DNA of 45,135 nt, from the sequence record PQ178821.1; one strand, written 5' to 3'. Made by a program: the position numbers and the translations under genes. Numbering within the stretch: the first letter of the stretch is position 1; every line of letters begins with the position of its first letter. This DNA comes from Escherichia phage BMA1. Positions 27,154 to 35,784 of this stretch are shown here, piece by piece. Under the pieces are notes generated by a model, which had not been told where the DNA came from, searched no databases, and saw only the letters and a list, made by a program, of their open reading frames with translations.

Positions 27154-28893
27154 ATGGCAGCGGGTACTCTATCCGTAACGAATAACAGCAAGGCGGTTGT
27201 AGGGGTAGGCACAACGTTTACCGCGTTTAACGCTGGCGACTTCTTAACGCTGGTTGTAGGACAAGTCCCCTACACCGTGGCAATCGCGTCCATTGAAAGC
27301 GACACGTCGCTTACTCTGGTTCTGCCGTTCGACGGCCCAACGGCAACCGGCCTTGCGTGGGATGGCGTTAAGCGCGACACCATGTCCCTGGCAACTATGG
27401 GCGTGACCGTCCAGGCACAGAAAGCATTGCGCTTGATGATTGCGGATGAAAACAACTGGCGTGCAATCTTCGGCGACGCTGAAGAGATCACCATTACGCT
27501 GCCCAACGGGCAAGTTATGCAGGGTATGTCATGGGGCTATCTGTCGCAGTTGATGAAACAGATCGACCCCGTTGAGATGCGCAACCTGCAACAACAAGCC
27601 GCCGCATCGGAAGCAGCCGCGCAAGGATTTCGTAACGAGGCTGAAGGATTTCGAGACGGCGCGCAAGGATACCGCAACGAGGCGCTCCAATTCCGCACCG
27701 ACTGCGAAGGGCTGAAGAACGAAACGACAAACCTTCGCAACGATGCGCTCCAATTCCGCACCGACTGCGAAGGGCTGAAGAACGAAACGACAAACCTTCG
27801 CAACGATGCTAACACAGCTAAGACTGGCGCGGAGACGGCACGCGATCAGGCGCAGAACATCGCCGACGGTATGGACCCTGGCCAGTATATGCAGAAATCC
27901 GCAAACCTGAGCGATGTCGCTGATAAGGCGCAAGGCCGGGCGAATATGGGACTCGGCCCTACCGATGCCGTGGTGTTCGGAGGGGCTACCCTCAACGGTC
28001 CCTCGCGCGTCGACGGACCGCTGTTGCTCGGCAGGCAGCAGTGGGATGGGTCTAGCTGGGGGAGCTACGGACTACAATCGTCATTCGTCATCATGTCGCC
28101 GGATGGAGACTCCGAGCCGGGATTTTACATCAGGCCGCTATCGGGTGCGCCTGGGTACGCAACGTCGTTCACCTATAATCTCGCGATTAATCTTTTCAGC
28201 ACCGGTGCTCGCATCAAGGCGGTTAACTTCTCATCCAGCACTACGACTATGGGTTATAGCGAGATGTGGTCACGTGCATGTTTCCAGGGGCAGCCATACG
28301 ACGCCCAGGCGGGGGTTGAGAACTACCAATCGCTTGTCGCCGGTGCTTGCGGGACTATCGGACAGGGCTTTTACGGTGGCGTTGCGTTCGGCATGATGAC
28401 TTCTGGCAGGGCTGGGTGGCCTGTCGGTCAGATCTCGATCGGCGCACAAGACCGGGCGGCGGACGGCACTATCGGCCTGCAAATGCACTTCCGGTTTCAT
28501 TCATCCGGTAACATTACGTATACGGGGCCGGCGGGGTCGGGGTCATTCCAGCAAATCCCGGCATCTGACCGCAACATTAAGCATGATATTAAAGACGATA
28601 AATCCAGCACAGCATACGATAACATTCGAGCCATTCGATTCCGTAATTTCGTATTTAATGATGACGAGCAGGAGCGTATTCGTCGCGGGATTATCGCACA
28701 GGAGCTTGAAGAAATCGACCCGCTTTATGTTAAGCACCGCGAATACCACAACATGGAGCTTAACGGGCCGAAGATTACGCGACTGGAGCTTGACACGACG
28801 CCGCTGTTACTGGACACAATGCGAGCGTTGCAGGATACGATTAAGCAGGTGGAGGAGTTGAAGGCAGAGATCGCGGCGTTGAAGCAGGCGTAA
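27154..28893 (+). CDS. tail fiber protein with C-terminal S74-type intramolecular chaperone domain (579 aa)
   Basis: Heptad-like FRNEA/YRNEA repeats; SDRNIKHDI autocleavage-type motif near 28561; coiled-coil C-terminus. Confidence 0.85.
   Translation: MAAGTLSVTNNSKAVVGVGTTFTAFNAGDFLTLVVGQVPYTVAIASIESDTSLTLVLPFDGPTATGLAWDGVKRDTMSLATMGVTVQAQKALRLMIADENNWRAIFGDAEEITITLPNGQVMQGMSWGYLSQLMKQIDPVEMRNLQQQAAASEAAAQGFRNEAEGFRDGAQGYRNEALQFRTDCEGLKNETTNLRNDALQFRTDCEGLKNETTNLRNDANTAKTGAETARDQAQNIADGMDPGQYMQKSANLSDVADKAQGRANMGLGPTDAVVFGGATLNGPSRVDGPLLLGRQQWDGSSWGSYGLQSSFVIMSPDGDSEPGFYIRPLSGAPGYATSFTYNLAINLFSTGARIKAVNFSSSTTTMGYSEMWSRACFQGQPYDAQAGVENYQSLVAGACGTIGQGFYGGVAFGMMTSGRAGWPVGQISIGAQDRAADGTIGLQMHFRFHSSGNITYTGPAGSGSFQQIPASDRNIKHDIKDDKSSTAYDNIRAIRFRNFVFNDDEQERIRRGIIAQELEEIDPLYVKHREYHNMELNGPKITRLELDTTPLLLDTMRALQDTIKQVEELKAEIAALKQA
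27682..27807 (+). repeat. perfect in-frame tandem duplication (2 x 63 bp) inside tail fiber gene
   Basis: 27682..27744 identical to 27745..27807; encodes ALQFRTDCEGLKNETTNLRND twice. Confidence 0.8.
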
Positions 28894-28912
28894 GAGTTGA
28901 AGAAATAGGAGA

Positions 28913-28934
28913 GGGGCCGTGCGGCCCCTTTTTT
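28913..28934. terminator. bidirectional terminator between convergent operons
   Basis: GGGGCCG tg CGGCCCC stem with TTTTTT; separates + tail fiber gene and - strand block. Confidence 0.6.
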
Positions 28935-29508
28935 AGTTTGAGTTTTCCCAGTCCATTTTGCGCCGCACCAGGGGGCTTTCGTAGTATTCCTTCCCTTCCA
29001 CTTCCACTAAAGGCCAGTCATTAACAATCACGTACGGTTCCGCGATATCTTCAATCACGCCGTGCGCGTTATGTTGTCCGAAATCTACGCCCACCAGGAT
29101 AACCCCGGCAACTCGACGGGTTAGATACTCACGAGCGCAACGAGCCTCGACCAGTCCGCGACGGATGCCGCTGGTGGCCTTAACCTCATAGGTCCAGACG
29201 GCATCAATCATGTGTTCCCGGAAGTCGGGACCGGACTTAACCTTGCGCTTACCGACCATGATAATATCGCCGCGGTCGATTGTATTAGCACTAAACAGGC
29301 CGGTACGCATTAGCAAACCTTGCGGGATACAGCTACGCCCGCCCGCCTGCCCTTCGAGGTACATGCCTGCAAACATTTCGCCCAGCACACCGACCAGACG
29401 GCTTTGCTTGCACGCGTCGGACTTATACCGCCACTGGTCAAACTCTATGCTTGCGATCATTGCCGCCAGGTGGAATTGTTTACCAGATATTTCATATTCG
29501 CCGTACAT
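28933..29508 (-). CDS. hypothetical protein (191 aa)
   Basis: ORF with GAGGG RBS; D...EVK segment loosely compatible with a PD-(D/E)XK nuclease. Confidence 0.5.
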   Translation of the reverse strand: MYGEYEISGKQFHLAAMIASIEFDQWRYKSDACKQSRLVGVLGEMFAGMYLEGQAGGRSCIPQGLLMRTGLFSANTIDRGDIIMVGKRKVKSGPDFREHMIDAVWTYEVKATSGIRRGLVEARCAREYLTRRVAGVILVGVDFGQHNAHGVIEDIAEPYVIVNDWPLVEVEGKEYYESPLVRRKMDWENSN

Positions 29509-29550
29509 TGTGTTGCCCTCATTGATGCGGGCCGAAGCCCGCGATTAGAA

Positions 29551-30114
29551 TTATTTCAGTGCGCTACGTACCAGTGTTTTTTCCATGTTACGGAAATCTT
29601 CCGGCGTCATGAGGATTTTGGACCCATCTTCGCCGGTGAGCAAGACCATAGGCTGGACTTCTTGGTCTGCAATGCCGAAATTGGCGGCTTTTACAGTCTT
29701 ACCCACCGATGCAGAAGGATTCCACGTCCCCGCGGTGGCGATGGGCCAACCTTTAAGGCTGTCGTATTGCGCTGCCGTTGTATCGACCTGAATCTCGTCG
29801 TGTACGGTCATGTACGACTCGCCCAGCAGGGCGGAGTACGCTACCAGGTCGACGATATTGTCTTCCTGGTGCTTACGGTGCTGGCGCACCAGCTTCAGGC
29901 AGATCAAGAAGGTCCAGGCTTCTTGCTCGGTCAGGTCGCGACCGGTAAGCGCGTTAAACACGGCAGCGATTTGCTTAGCGCTGCGTTCCTCTTTCGCGTT
30001 GTCATAGCCATTTTCTTTCCCGCGCTGTTCCATAGTGGTGGCGGCGTTTTTACAGTATTCGTATGCTTTCACAGTATTACCTTTTTTAGTGAGGGGGCTG
30101 TATTGCCCCGACAC
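29551..30114 (-). CDS. hypothetical protein (187 aa, GTG start; start uncertain)
   Basis: Long ORF; palindromic motif immediately upstream. Confidence 0.5.
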   Translation of the reverse strand: MSGQYSPLTKKGNTVKAYEYCKNAATTMEQRGKENGYDNAKEERSAKQIAAVFNALTGRDLTEQEAWTFLICLKLVRQHRKHQEDNIVDLVAYSALLGESYMTVHDEIQVDTTAAQYDSLKGWPIATAGTWNPSASVGKTVKAANFGIADQEVQPMVLLTGEDGSKILMTPEDFRNMEKTLVRSALK

Positions 30115-30125
30115 GTTTACTATAG

Positions 30126-30147
30126 TGCAACCAACCTATTGGTTGCA
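30126..30147. promoter_or_regulatory. inverted repeat TGCAACCAA-ccta-TTGGTTGCA (operator-like palindrome)
   Basis: 9-bp arms, 4-bp spacer; overlaps stop of upstream gene and precedes start of downstream gene. Confidence 0.45.
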
Positions 30148-30606
30148 AGTGAATTTCGCAACGTTTATTGCGTAAATATTCGGGACCAAATCGCTACACG
30201 CCCGACGGATAGCTGCAATGTTCTTCGGGCAGTCTTCAATGATGACCAGTTCTGACACGTCCGCGTAGCAGACCATTTTGAACACTGCGCACGCCTTAAA
30301 CTCTGGCGGCGGGGTGTCATCCAGCATGTGGCGCATAAACAACCGGCCCGCCGGGAAGACCTCCAATTGCTCGGCGGTGGTGTCCCAACATTCTCGCTGC
30401 CGGTTTGTCAGATACGCTATCTCGAAGCCTTGCTCTTTGTACATGCGCAGCAGCGGCAGCATATCCATGTTCAGATCTTCGCGGACGTGCGCTTTGTGCC
30501 ACTTTGCCCAAAAGGTTGATTTCGTTTTTATCCCCGGCACCAGGTCGGCACGCGCATCGCTTGAACCGTTAATAACGCCATCCAAATCGCAAATCAGTAA
30601 TTTCAT
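30136..30606 (-). CDS. HAD-superfamily phosphatase-like protein (156 aa)
   Basis: N-terminal CDLDGV (HAD motif I-like), downstream YLTNR and ED segments; GAGAG RBS. Confidence 0.45.
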   Translation of the reverse strand: MKLLICDLDGVINGSSDARADLVPGIKTKSTFWAKWHKAHVREDLNMDMLPLLRMYKEQGFEIAYLTNRQRECWDTTAEQLEVFPAGRLFMRHMLDDTPPPEFKACAVFKMVCYADVSELVIIEDCPKNIAAIRRACSDLVPNIYAINVAKFTCNQ

Positions 30607-30827
30607 TTTAAACTCTCAATAAGGGTGTAACGGGCGCTTCGCGCAGTAAAGGAGTTGCACACGAAATGGCAACGCTGAGTCATGACAAGCCAACCGGTGA
30701 GGTCAAGGCCCAGGATGTATTCGGGGCGAGACGCGCGCACTACACGATTGCGTCGCGGATCAATACAGTAGTCTCTTTGCATTTGGTCTACGACCGCAGG
30801 GTCGCGGTCAACGATTAAGATATTCAA
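30603..30827 (-). CDS. small hypothetical protein (start uncertain, TTG in track)
   Basis: ORF bridging HAD-like and Dam-like genes; no clear RBS. Confidence 0.3.
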   Translation of the reverse strand: MNILIVDRDPAVVDQMQRDYCIDPRRNRVVRASRPEYILGLDLTGWLVMTQRCHFVCNSFTARSARYTLIESLK

Positions 30828-31293
30828 GGAGTTCTCCTTCGCTCATTATTTCAATTTGTGCGCTGCCAATGGGTGGCGCTTCGTCAAAGATTATCAATTG
30901 CTGGCACTTGTTATTGCTCGGACCGACTTCGCCGGTGACAGCATGTATAAATCGTATCCGCCAGTCCAGAAGAATTATCAGGTTTGCAGTCTTCCGGGCC
31001 AGCTTCGCCCACTTCGTCGACGTGTCCTGATTCAGTAGCATGACCGTCCGGCGTCCGTGCGCTGCGCACTTGACCCACGGCAGCGGGTCGGAATACGGCG
31101 GATTGCACCACTTCCACCCTTTCAACTCTGCCCAGTCCGCATCAAGCGCGCTATGTTCTGCCGTGAAGTAACGCGGTAGCAGATGATTGGCGTCGCTTGC
31201 CGCCATATCGTAACGGAATCGGAACTTACGGCGCAGCGGTTTAAATAAAGCTGGCGGCGTGCGCCAGCTATCTTTTTGCTCACTCTTCTGCAT
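30808..31293 (-). CDS. DNA N6-adenine methyltransferase, phage Dam-like (161 aa)
   Basis: WRTPP...LF N-terminus, AASDAN and NPPY (CNPPYSD) motifs. Confidence 0.8.
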   Translation of the reverse strand: MQKSEQKDSWRTPPALFKPLRRKFRFRYDMAASDANHLLPRYFTAEHSALDADWAELKGWKWCNPPYSDPLPWVKCAAHGRRTVMLLNQDTSTKWAKLARKTANLIILLDWRIRFIHAVTGEVGPSNNKCQQLIIFDEAPPIGSAQIEIMSEGELLEYLNR

Positions 31294-31744
31294 GATCTGG
31301 ATCTATCGCATACAGGGCAGTCTTTTCGCCTTTCTTCAGGATTCGCAGCAATCGCTGCGTCTCGGAGTCGCCTAAAGGGCGCGCGTCCGGGTAGAAGCTG
31401 CCGTTAGTGTTATTGCGCCACGCCACAAGCACCAGATCTTTCCGGTCGATCTTAGACTGGCGGCCTTTGGGGCGCACGTACTCCTCGGCCCGTTTGCAAT
31501 GCTCGCGCAGCGCATCGGCAGTTACGCGGTTTAGTGCAACGCTGGTTGTATATCCGGTGCGCTGCATAATCCCCATCAATTCGAAAAGCAGTTCGAAGCG
31601 CTCCTCTAACTCCTTGCGCATCTTTTCCTCTCCTTCATAGCTCGCCAGGTAGGTATCCGCCAGCGCGTTCGCCCGTTCGGCTTGCTCGCGGGCTTCGAGG
31701 CATTGCGCGGCCCAGTAATTTTTCTCTTCTTGTAAAATTTTCAT
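31280..31744 (-). CDS. hypothetical protein (154 aa)
   Basis: ORF with GGAGA RBS; charged helical sequence. Confidence 0.5.
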   Translation of the reverse strand: MKILQEEKNYWAAQCLEAREQAERANALADTYLASYEGEEKMRKELEERFELLFELMGIMQRTGYTTSVALNRVTADALREHCKRAEEYVRPKGRQSKIDRKDLVLVAWRNNTNGSFYPDARPLGDSETQRLLRILKKGEKTALYAIDPDHAEE

Positions 31745-31798
31745 CGTGTTGTCTCCAGGTATTAAAAAGGGCGTCCAAACCGGACACCCTTAAGATAA

Positions 31799-31825
31799 TG
31801 CAACCAATAGGATTATGCAACCAAT
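31799..31825 (-). promoter_or_regulatory. Two direct ATTGGTTGCA motifs (reverse orientation), 17 bp apart
   Basis: TGCAACCAAT at 31799..31808 and 31816..31825, upstream of - strand gene starting at 31744. Confidence 0.4.
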
Positions 31826-32149
31826 TTACGAATAAAAATTTGGGTCGCGCGCTACGTCTACCAGATACAGATTGCTGATCCGGTTGCCGTAGTGCCCTGG
31901 CGTGCGCTGGCGGCATACAACGGCGAAGCCTGGGGGGATTGTATTGCCCGTCTCAATAATCCACGCCACGCGTGCGCCAGACAGCGTCTTGCCGTTGTAT
32001 TCGATACGTGTTCCGCCATCGGCAGTGTTAAGGTTGCCAATCTTGCAGCCTGTGGACTTCAGGCGGATGACGCCGGTCTTACTGTCGTAGGAAAAAAGCT
32101 GATTGGTCATTGCCACTGAAAAGTCGATGGCGTCGAATGTAGTATTCAT
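31826..32149 (-). CDS. small protein with degenerate HNH/NUMOD-like pattern (107 aa)
   Basis: ARVAWIIETGN ... NRISNLYLV resembles the HNH_3 core but lacks the expected His; ATGA overlap with upstream gene. Confidence 0.35.
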   Translation of the reverse strand: MNTTFDAIDFSVAMTNQLFSYDSKTGVIRLKSTGCKIGNLNTADGGTRIEYNGKTLSGARVAWIIETGNTIPPGFAVVCRQRTPGHYGNRISNLYLVDVARDPNFYS

Positions 32150-32841
32150 TTTAAATTTTCCTCGTTAACCGCTATCGCGAAGCCGCGCGGGGTGAGTGAG
32201 CGGATTAATTTTGTACGAGCGGATTTACCACCGAGGCGACTATACTGTTTCGAGTACCCTTTTTCAACGAAAACAGGTTTCTTCTCGGGCATACGGAAGC
32301 CGTTGCCGGTCCATAAGCAGGTCAGCTTCGGATATGAATCGCGGGCGTTGATGTATTCAGGGAATAACGGATGTACGTCATCCTCTGGCAAATAACCGCC
32401 ATACTCATACGGGTTAAACGAGTGGTCCGGCTTACGCCATTGAGTGGCTAGCACGCTGCGCGGATTCTCAATCATATACGGCACTTCAAAGAAATCACCC
32501 AGGTAAGCGGCGATCTTCGCGGTGCGCACCGCCTTAAGCTGAAAGGCCGGGTCTTTAGCCCGCTTGCGCGGGAAAGCTGGCGCACCGCTCACTGCCAGAT
32601 CCGTACACGGAGGGAATGCGTAAATGATATCCGGCGTACCGAAATCGCCATTCATCGCGCGGTCCACGAAGTCCAGATCGATAAACTCATTGCGATACCG
32701 GATTCCGCGACCATAGATCCGGTAGTCAAGGTACGACCCGTGATCGGCTTCGGAGTAGTTAAAGCAATAACACTTATGCCCCATCTCGGCAGCACGCTCA
32801 ATCATCAAGCCGCTGCCGTCAAACAATGACCAGATTATCAT
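32146..32841 (-). CDS. DNA methyltransferase-like protein with C5-cytosine-MTase-type motifs (231 aa)
   Basis: SLFDGSG (motif I-like), FPPCTDLAVSG (PC motif-like), ENP; short for a full C5-MTase. Confidence 0.5.
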   Translation of the reverse strand: MIIWSLFDGSGLMIERAAEMGHKCYCFNYSEADHGSYLDYRIYGRGIRYRNEFIDLDFVDRAMNGDFGTPDIIYAFPPCTDLAVSGAPAFPRKRAKDPAFQLKAVRTAKIAAYLGDFFEVPYMIENPRSVLATQWRKPDHSFNPYEYGGYLPEDDVHPLFPEYINARDSYPKLTCLWTGNGFRMPEKKPVFVEKGYSKQYSRLGGKSARTKLIRSLTPRGFAIAVNEENLK

Positions 32842-34262
32842 TTGCGCGCCTTTTTAGCTTTCATGTATTCCATCAAGTCGTCCTGAATATCTCGCTTACT
32901 GTCGCGACGCTCGGCGACCAATTCGTCCAGTGTCCCGCGCGCCTGGATAATGTAGACGAATACCGGACGGGGGTGTCCTGCTTGCATCTGGCGAACCGGC
33001 CCGATACGTTCAACGATCTGCGAAAAGTGCTCAAAGTTCCAGGTATCGGAGAAGATTGCCAGGTGATGCCCGCCGTCCTGCAAGTTAAGGCCGTGGCCTG
33101 CCGATGCTGGGTGTGCAAACATGATGGGGATCTCGCCCCTGTTCCACGCTTCCATATCCTTATTGCCCTGCTTACCTTTACCCAACGCAACGCCGTGCGG
33201 AAATTTCTTCTTAAGACGTGCCAGGTCATGCTTATACTGATACGCAACGAGCAACGGCGCTCCGTTCAACTCCTCCACGATACTTTCCAGCGCGTCCAGC
33301 TTCGCGTCGTGAATCTTCACCCACTCGTCGGTCCGTTCGCCGTCTTCGTCCACCTTATACACGGCCCCGGATGCAAGCTGAAGGCACTTAATTGTCTTCG
33401 ACGCAGCGTTCGCCGCCTCCACTGTTCCGCTTTCCAGTTCGGCAAATAGCTCGCTTTCAAACTGGTCGTAAATCTTGCGGGCTTTCTTCGGCAGATCCAC
33501 AACAACCGGCGTATATATTGGCTTGTCACATCCGAAGTATTCAGCCGCGTCAACGGTGAGGGATACATCAGACAGGCGTTGTTGTATTTCTTTCTCGGAG
33601 TTCTTTAGCGGGGCGTGCTGCATAGTGAAGCTACCAGGCTTAACAGGCTTGCTAATGAACCAGCGATCGGTAAATGCCTTATAGCTACTGCCGAGGCGTT
33701 CGCCGCCGTCGACAAACCACGTCTGACCCCATAAGTCTTTCAAGCCATTTGGCGCGGGTGTGCCGGTCAGGTTAATCCAGCGCTTGACGTGCTTATGTGC
33801 GATCGCTGCCAGCGCACGGGCGCGCTTACTTCCCTGCTTACTCCTGTAGCCTTTCAGCTTAGTCGATTCATCGGCAACAACGACCGTAAAGGGCCACGCA
33901 TCGCCGTAATAGTCTACCAGCCACTCAACCACATCGTAGTTAACACAAACCACGTTAGCGTCGCTCTCCAGCGCGGCTATGCGGTCTTTTTCTGATCCTG
34001 TGCCGTCTACTACCAGCAAGGCGGGGAATCGCCATTTTTCTTGCTCCGGGGGCCACGTACCTGACGCAACGCGCAGCGGGGCCAGCACCAGTACGCGGTC
34101 CTCCAGGCTGGACAGGATACCAGTCTGGAACATTTTATTCAGCGCCCACATTGTCGCGCCGGTTTTACCGGATCCCATTGTCGCCCAGATATTACATCGC
34201 TTATGCTTGAGGATGAACGCGGTTATCAACTTCTGATATTCGCGACGTCGGAATCTTGCCAT
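32838..34262 (-). CDS. SNF2-family helicase (474 aa from ATG 34262)
   Basis: Walker A GSGKTG, DEST box, LTGTP motif, C-terminal helicase motifs. Confidence 0.8.
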   Translation of the reverse strand: MARFRRREYQKLITAFILKHKRCNIWATMGSGKTGATMWALNKMFQTGILSSLEDRVLVLAPLRVASGTWPPEQEKWRFPALLVVDGTGSEKDRIAALESDANVVCVNYDVVEWLVDYYGDAWPFTVVVADESTKLKGYRSKQGSKRARALAAIAHKHVKRWINLTGTPAPNGLKDLWGQTWFVDGGERLGSSYKAFTDRWFISKPVKPGSFTMQHAPLKNSEKEIQQRLSDVSLTVDAAEYFGCDKPIYTPVVVDLPKKARKIYDQFESELFAELESGTVEAANAASKTIKCLQLASGAVYKVDEDGERTDEWVKIHDAKLDALESIVEELNGAPLLVAYQYKHDLARLKKKFPHGVALGKGKQGNKDMEAWNRGEIPIMFAHPASAGHGLNLQDGGHHLAIFSDTWNFEHFSQIVERIGPVRQMQAGHPRPVFVYIIQARGTLDELVAERRDSKRDIQDDLMEYMKAKKARK

Positions 34263-34266
34263 ATCT

Positions 34267-34485
34267 TTATTCCGCCTTTTTCCAGACTTCTGTCTCACTG
34301 TTCCAGTTCCTTTTTGTGGCGTCGTAGTTGGTGGCGTGTCCGATGTGCACACCGGTAGCCCGGAAGCTCTTAAACTTCTGCCAGCACACCGTCAACGGCA
34401 GCGGGTAACTCATGCCAGCAATAAACCACACGCGATCGCCCGGTTTACATTCGCCCAGCTTGGTGAGCCGGTAATGTTCTTTCAT
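34267..34485 (-). CDS. hypothetical protein (72 aa)
   Basis: GGGAG RBS; preceded on the - strand by a GC hairpin with T-run. Confidence 0.45.
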   Translation of the reverse strand: MKEHYRLTKLGECKPGDRVWFIAGMSYPLPLTVCWQKFKSFRATGVHIGHATNYDATKRNWNSETEVWKKAE

Positions 34486-34496
34486 CGTCATGTCTC

Positions 34497-34521
34497 CCAA
34501 AAATGGCGGGACAAGCCCGCC
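34497..34521 (-). terminator. hairpin plus T-run on - strand (terminator/attenuator)
   Basis: GGCGGG cttgt CCCGCC followed by TTTTT on the - strand. Confidence 0.45.
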
Positions 34522-34535
34522 GTATTTATTATTTA

Positions 34536-34709
34536 TTATTTTTGTTCCGCACGGTAGCGGCGCTGCCGTTCGCGCTCTTTCTTATTGCGGCACGATTTGC
34601 ACTCGGCCCGATACCCGTCGGGGCTACGCGCCGTCTTACCGGTGTACTTGTGGAACTGGGATAGCGGTTTAACGCAACCGCAATTACTGCAGCGTTTCTC
34701 TTCAATCAT
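34536..34709 (-). CDS. small zinc-ribbon-like protein (57 aa)
   Basis: CSNCGC ... CKSCRN Cys pairs; GAGGA RBS. Confidence 0.45.
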   Translation of the reverse strand: MIEEKRCSNCGCVKPLSQFHKYTGKTARSPDGYRAECKSCRNKKERERQRRYRAEQK

Positions 34710-34768
34710 TTCTAAAATCCTCGTTAGTGCTAACCTGCTCACTATACTGTTAAGCGACCAATTCAGCA

Positions 34769-35338
34769 NACAATAAATCNCNGTCGGCTATGTTGTCGAT
34801 GACGGCCGTAATATTCAACAAGCAACTCAACCACATCGTAGTTAACACAAAACACGTTAGCGTCGCTCTCCAGCGCGGCTATGCTGTCATTTTCTGATCC
34901 TGTTCCGACTACAACCACCAAGGCGGGCACTCGCCATTATTCTTCCTCCGGGGGCNAACGGCAGCGGGTAACTCATGCCAGCAATAAACCACACGCGATC
35001 GCCCGGTTTACATTCGCCCAGCTTGGTGAGCCGGTAATGTTCTTTCATCGTCATGTCTCCCAAAAATGGCGGGACAAGCCCGCCGTATTTATTATTTATT
35101 ATTTTTGTTCCGCACGGTAGCGGCGCTGCCGTTCGCGCTCTTTCTTATTGCGGCACGATTTGCACTCGGCCCGATACCCNGTCGGGGCTACGCGCCGTCT
35201 TACCGGTGTACTTGTGGAACTGGGATAGCGGTTTAACGCAACCGCAATTACTGCAGCGTTTCTCTTCAATCATTTCTAAAATCCTCGTTAGTGCTAACCT
35301 GCTCACTATACTGTTAAGCGACCAATTCAGCAACCAAT
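34769..35338. repeat. low-quality chimeric duplicate of 33.9-34.0 kb and 34.39-34.77 kb, probable assembly artifact
   Basis: Contains ambiguous bases at 34769, 34780, 34782, 34956, 35180; near-identical copies of the 34267 and 34536 genes with scattered mismatches. Confidence 0.6.
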
Positions 35339-35592
35339 AAATCACAGTCGGCTATGTTGTCGATGACGCGAACGTCAGCACCGCGGCGGGCCATTCGCTC
35401 ATGTTCTCGCACCTGGTGCGGCTTCGGTTTTCCGCCGGGGCGCTTCACTTCGACGAACACTATTTTGCCGTTGATGATGATAATCAGATCGGGCGCACCC
35501 GCGCGCCCCTCCCATGCCACTTTACGGCAGAATCCGCCTACCTCTTTCACCCGTCGCATCAGGTGGCTTTGAATCCGGCCTTCGGGTGTCAT
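35314..35592 (-). CDS. VRR-NUC domain nuclease (92 aa)
   Basis: GAPDLIII ... VFVEVKRPGGKP...Q pattern typical of VRR-NUC. Confidence 0.7.
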   Translation of the reverse strand: MTPEGRIQSHLMRRVKEVGGFCRKVAWEGRAGAPDLIIIINGKIVFVEVKRPGGKPKPHQVREHERMARRGADVRVIDNIADCDLLVAELVA

Positions 35593-35780
35593 TTTGTTTG
35601 CAACTCCACGTTACGCAGCCGAAGGTCCACCGGTATATCCGATCGACCAGTTAGCGCCAGCGCCAGGTTTTCAGGCGTGACAAGTGCCGTTATGGTCTTG
35701 CCGCGTTCCAGTCTAATGACAATTCGAATCTCGTCATTGTCCGTCGCGCCAGCTCGCATTATGCTCATTTCTGCTTTCAT
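35589..35780 (-). CDS. small hypothetical protein (63 aa)
   Basis: AGGAAA RBS; immediately downstream of polymerase gene. Confidence 0.4.
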   Translation of the reverse strand: MKAEMSIMRAGATDNDEIRIVIRLERGKTITALVTPENLALALTGRSDIPVDLRLRNVELQTK

Positions 35781-35784
35781 AATC

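Noticed and set aside
29320-30255. 311-aa ORF on the + strand
   Set aside because: Antisense to two - strand genes with good starts; no RBS.
32826-33449. 207-aa ORF on the + strand
   Set aside because: Antisense to the SNF2 helicase gene.
34776-35345. Second copies of the 34267 and 34536 genes as genuine paralogs
   Set aside because: Copies are near-identical but carry N bases and scattered single-base errors and interrupt a gene junction; more consistent with an assembly artifact.
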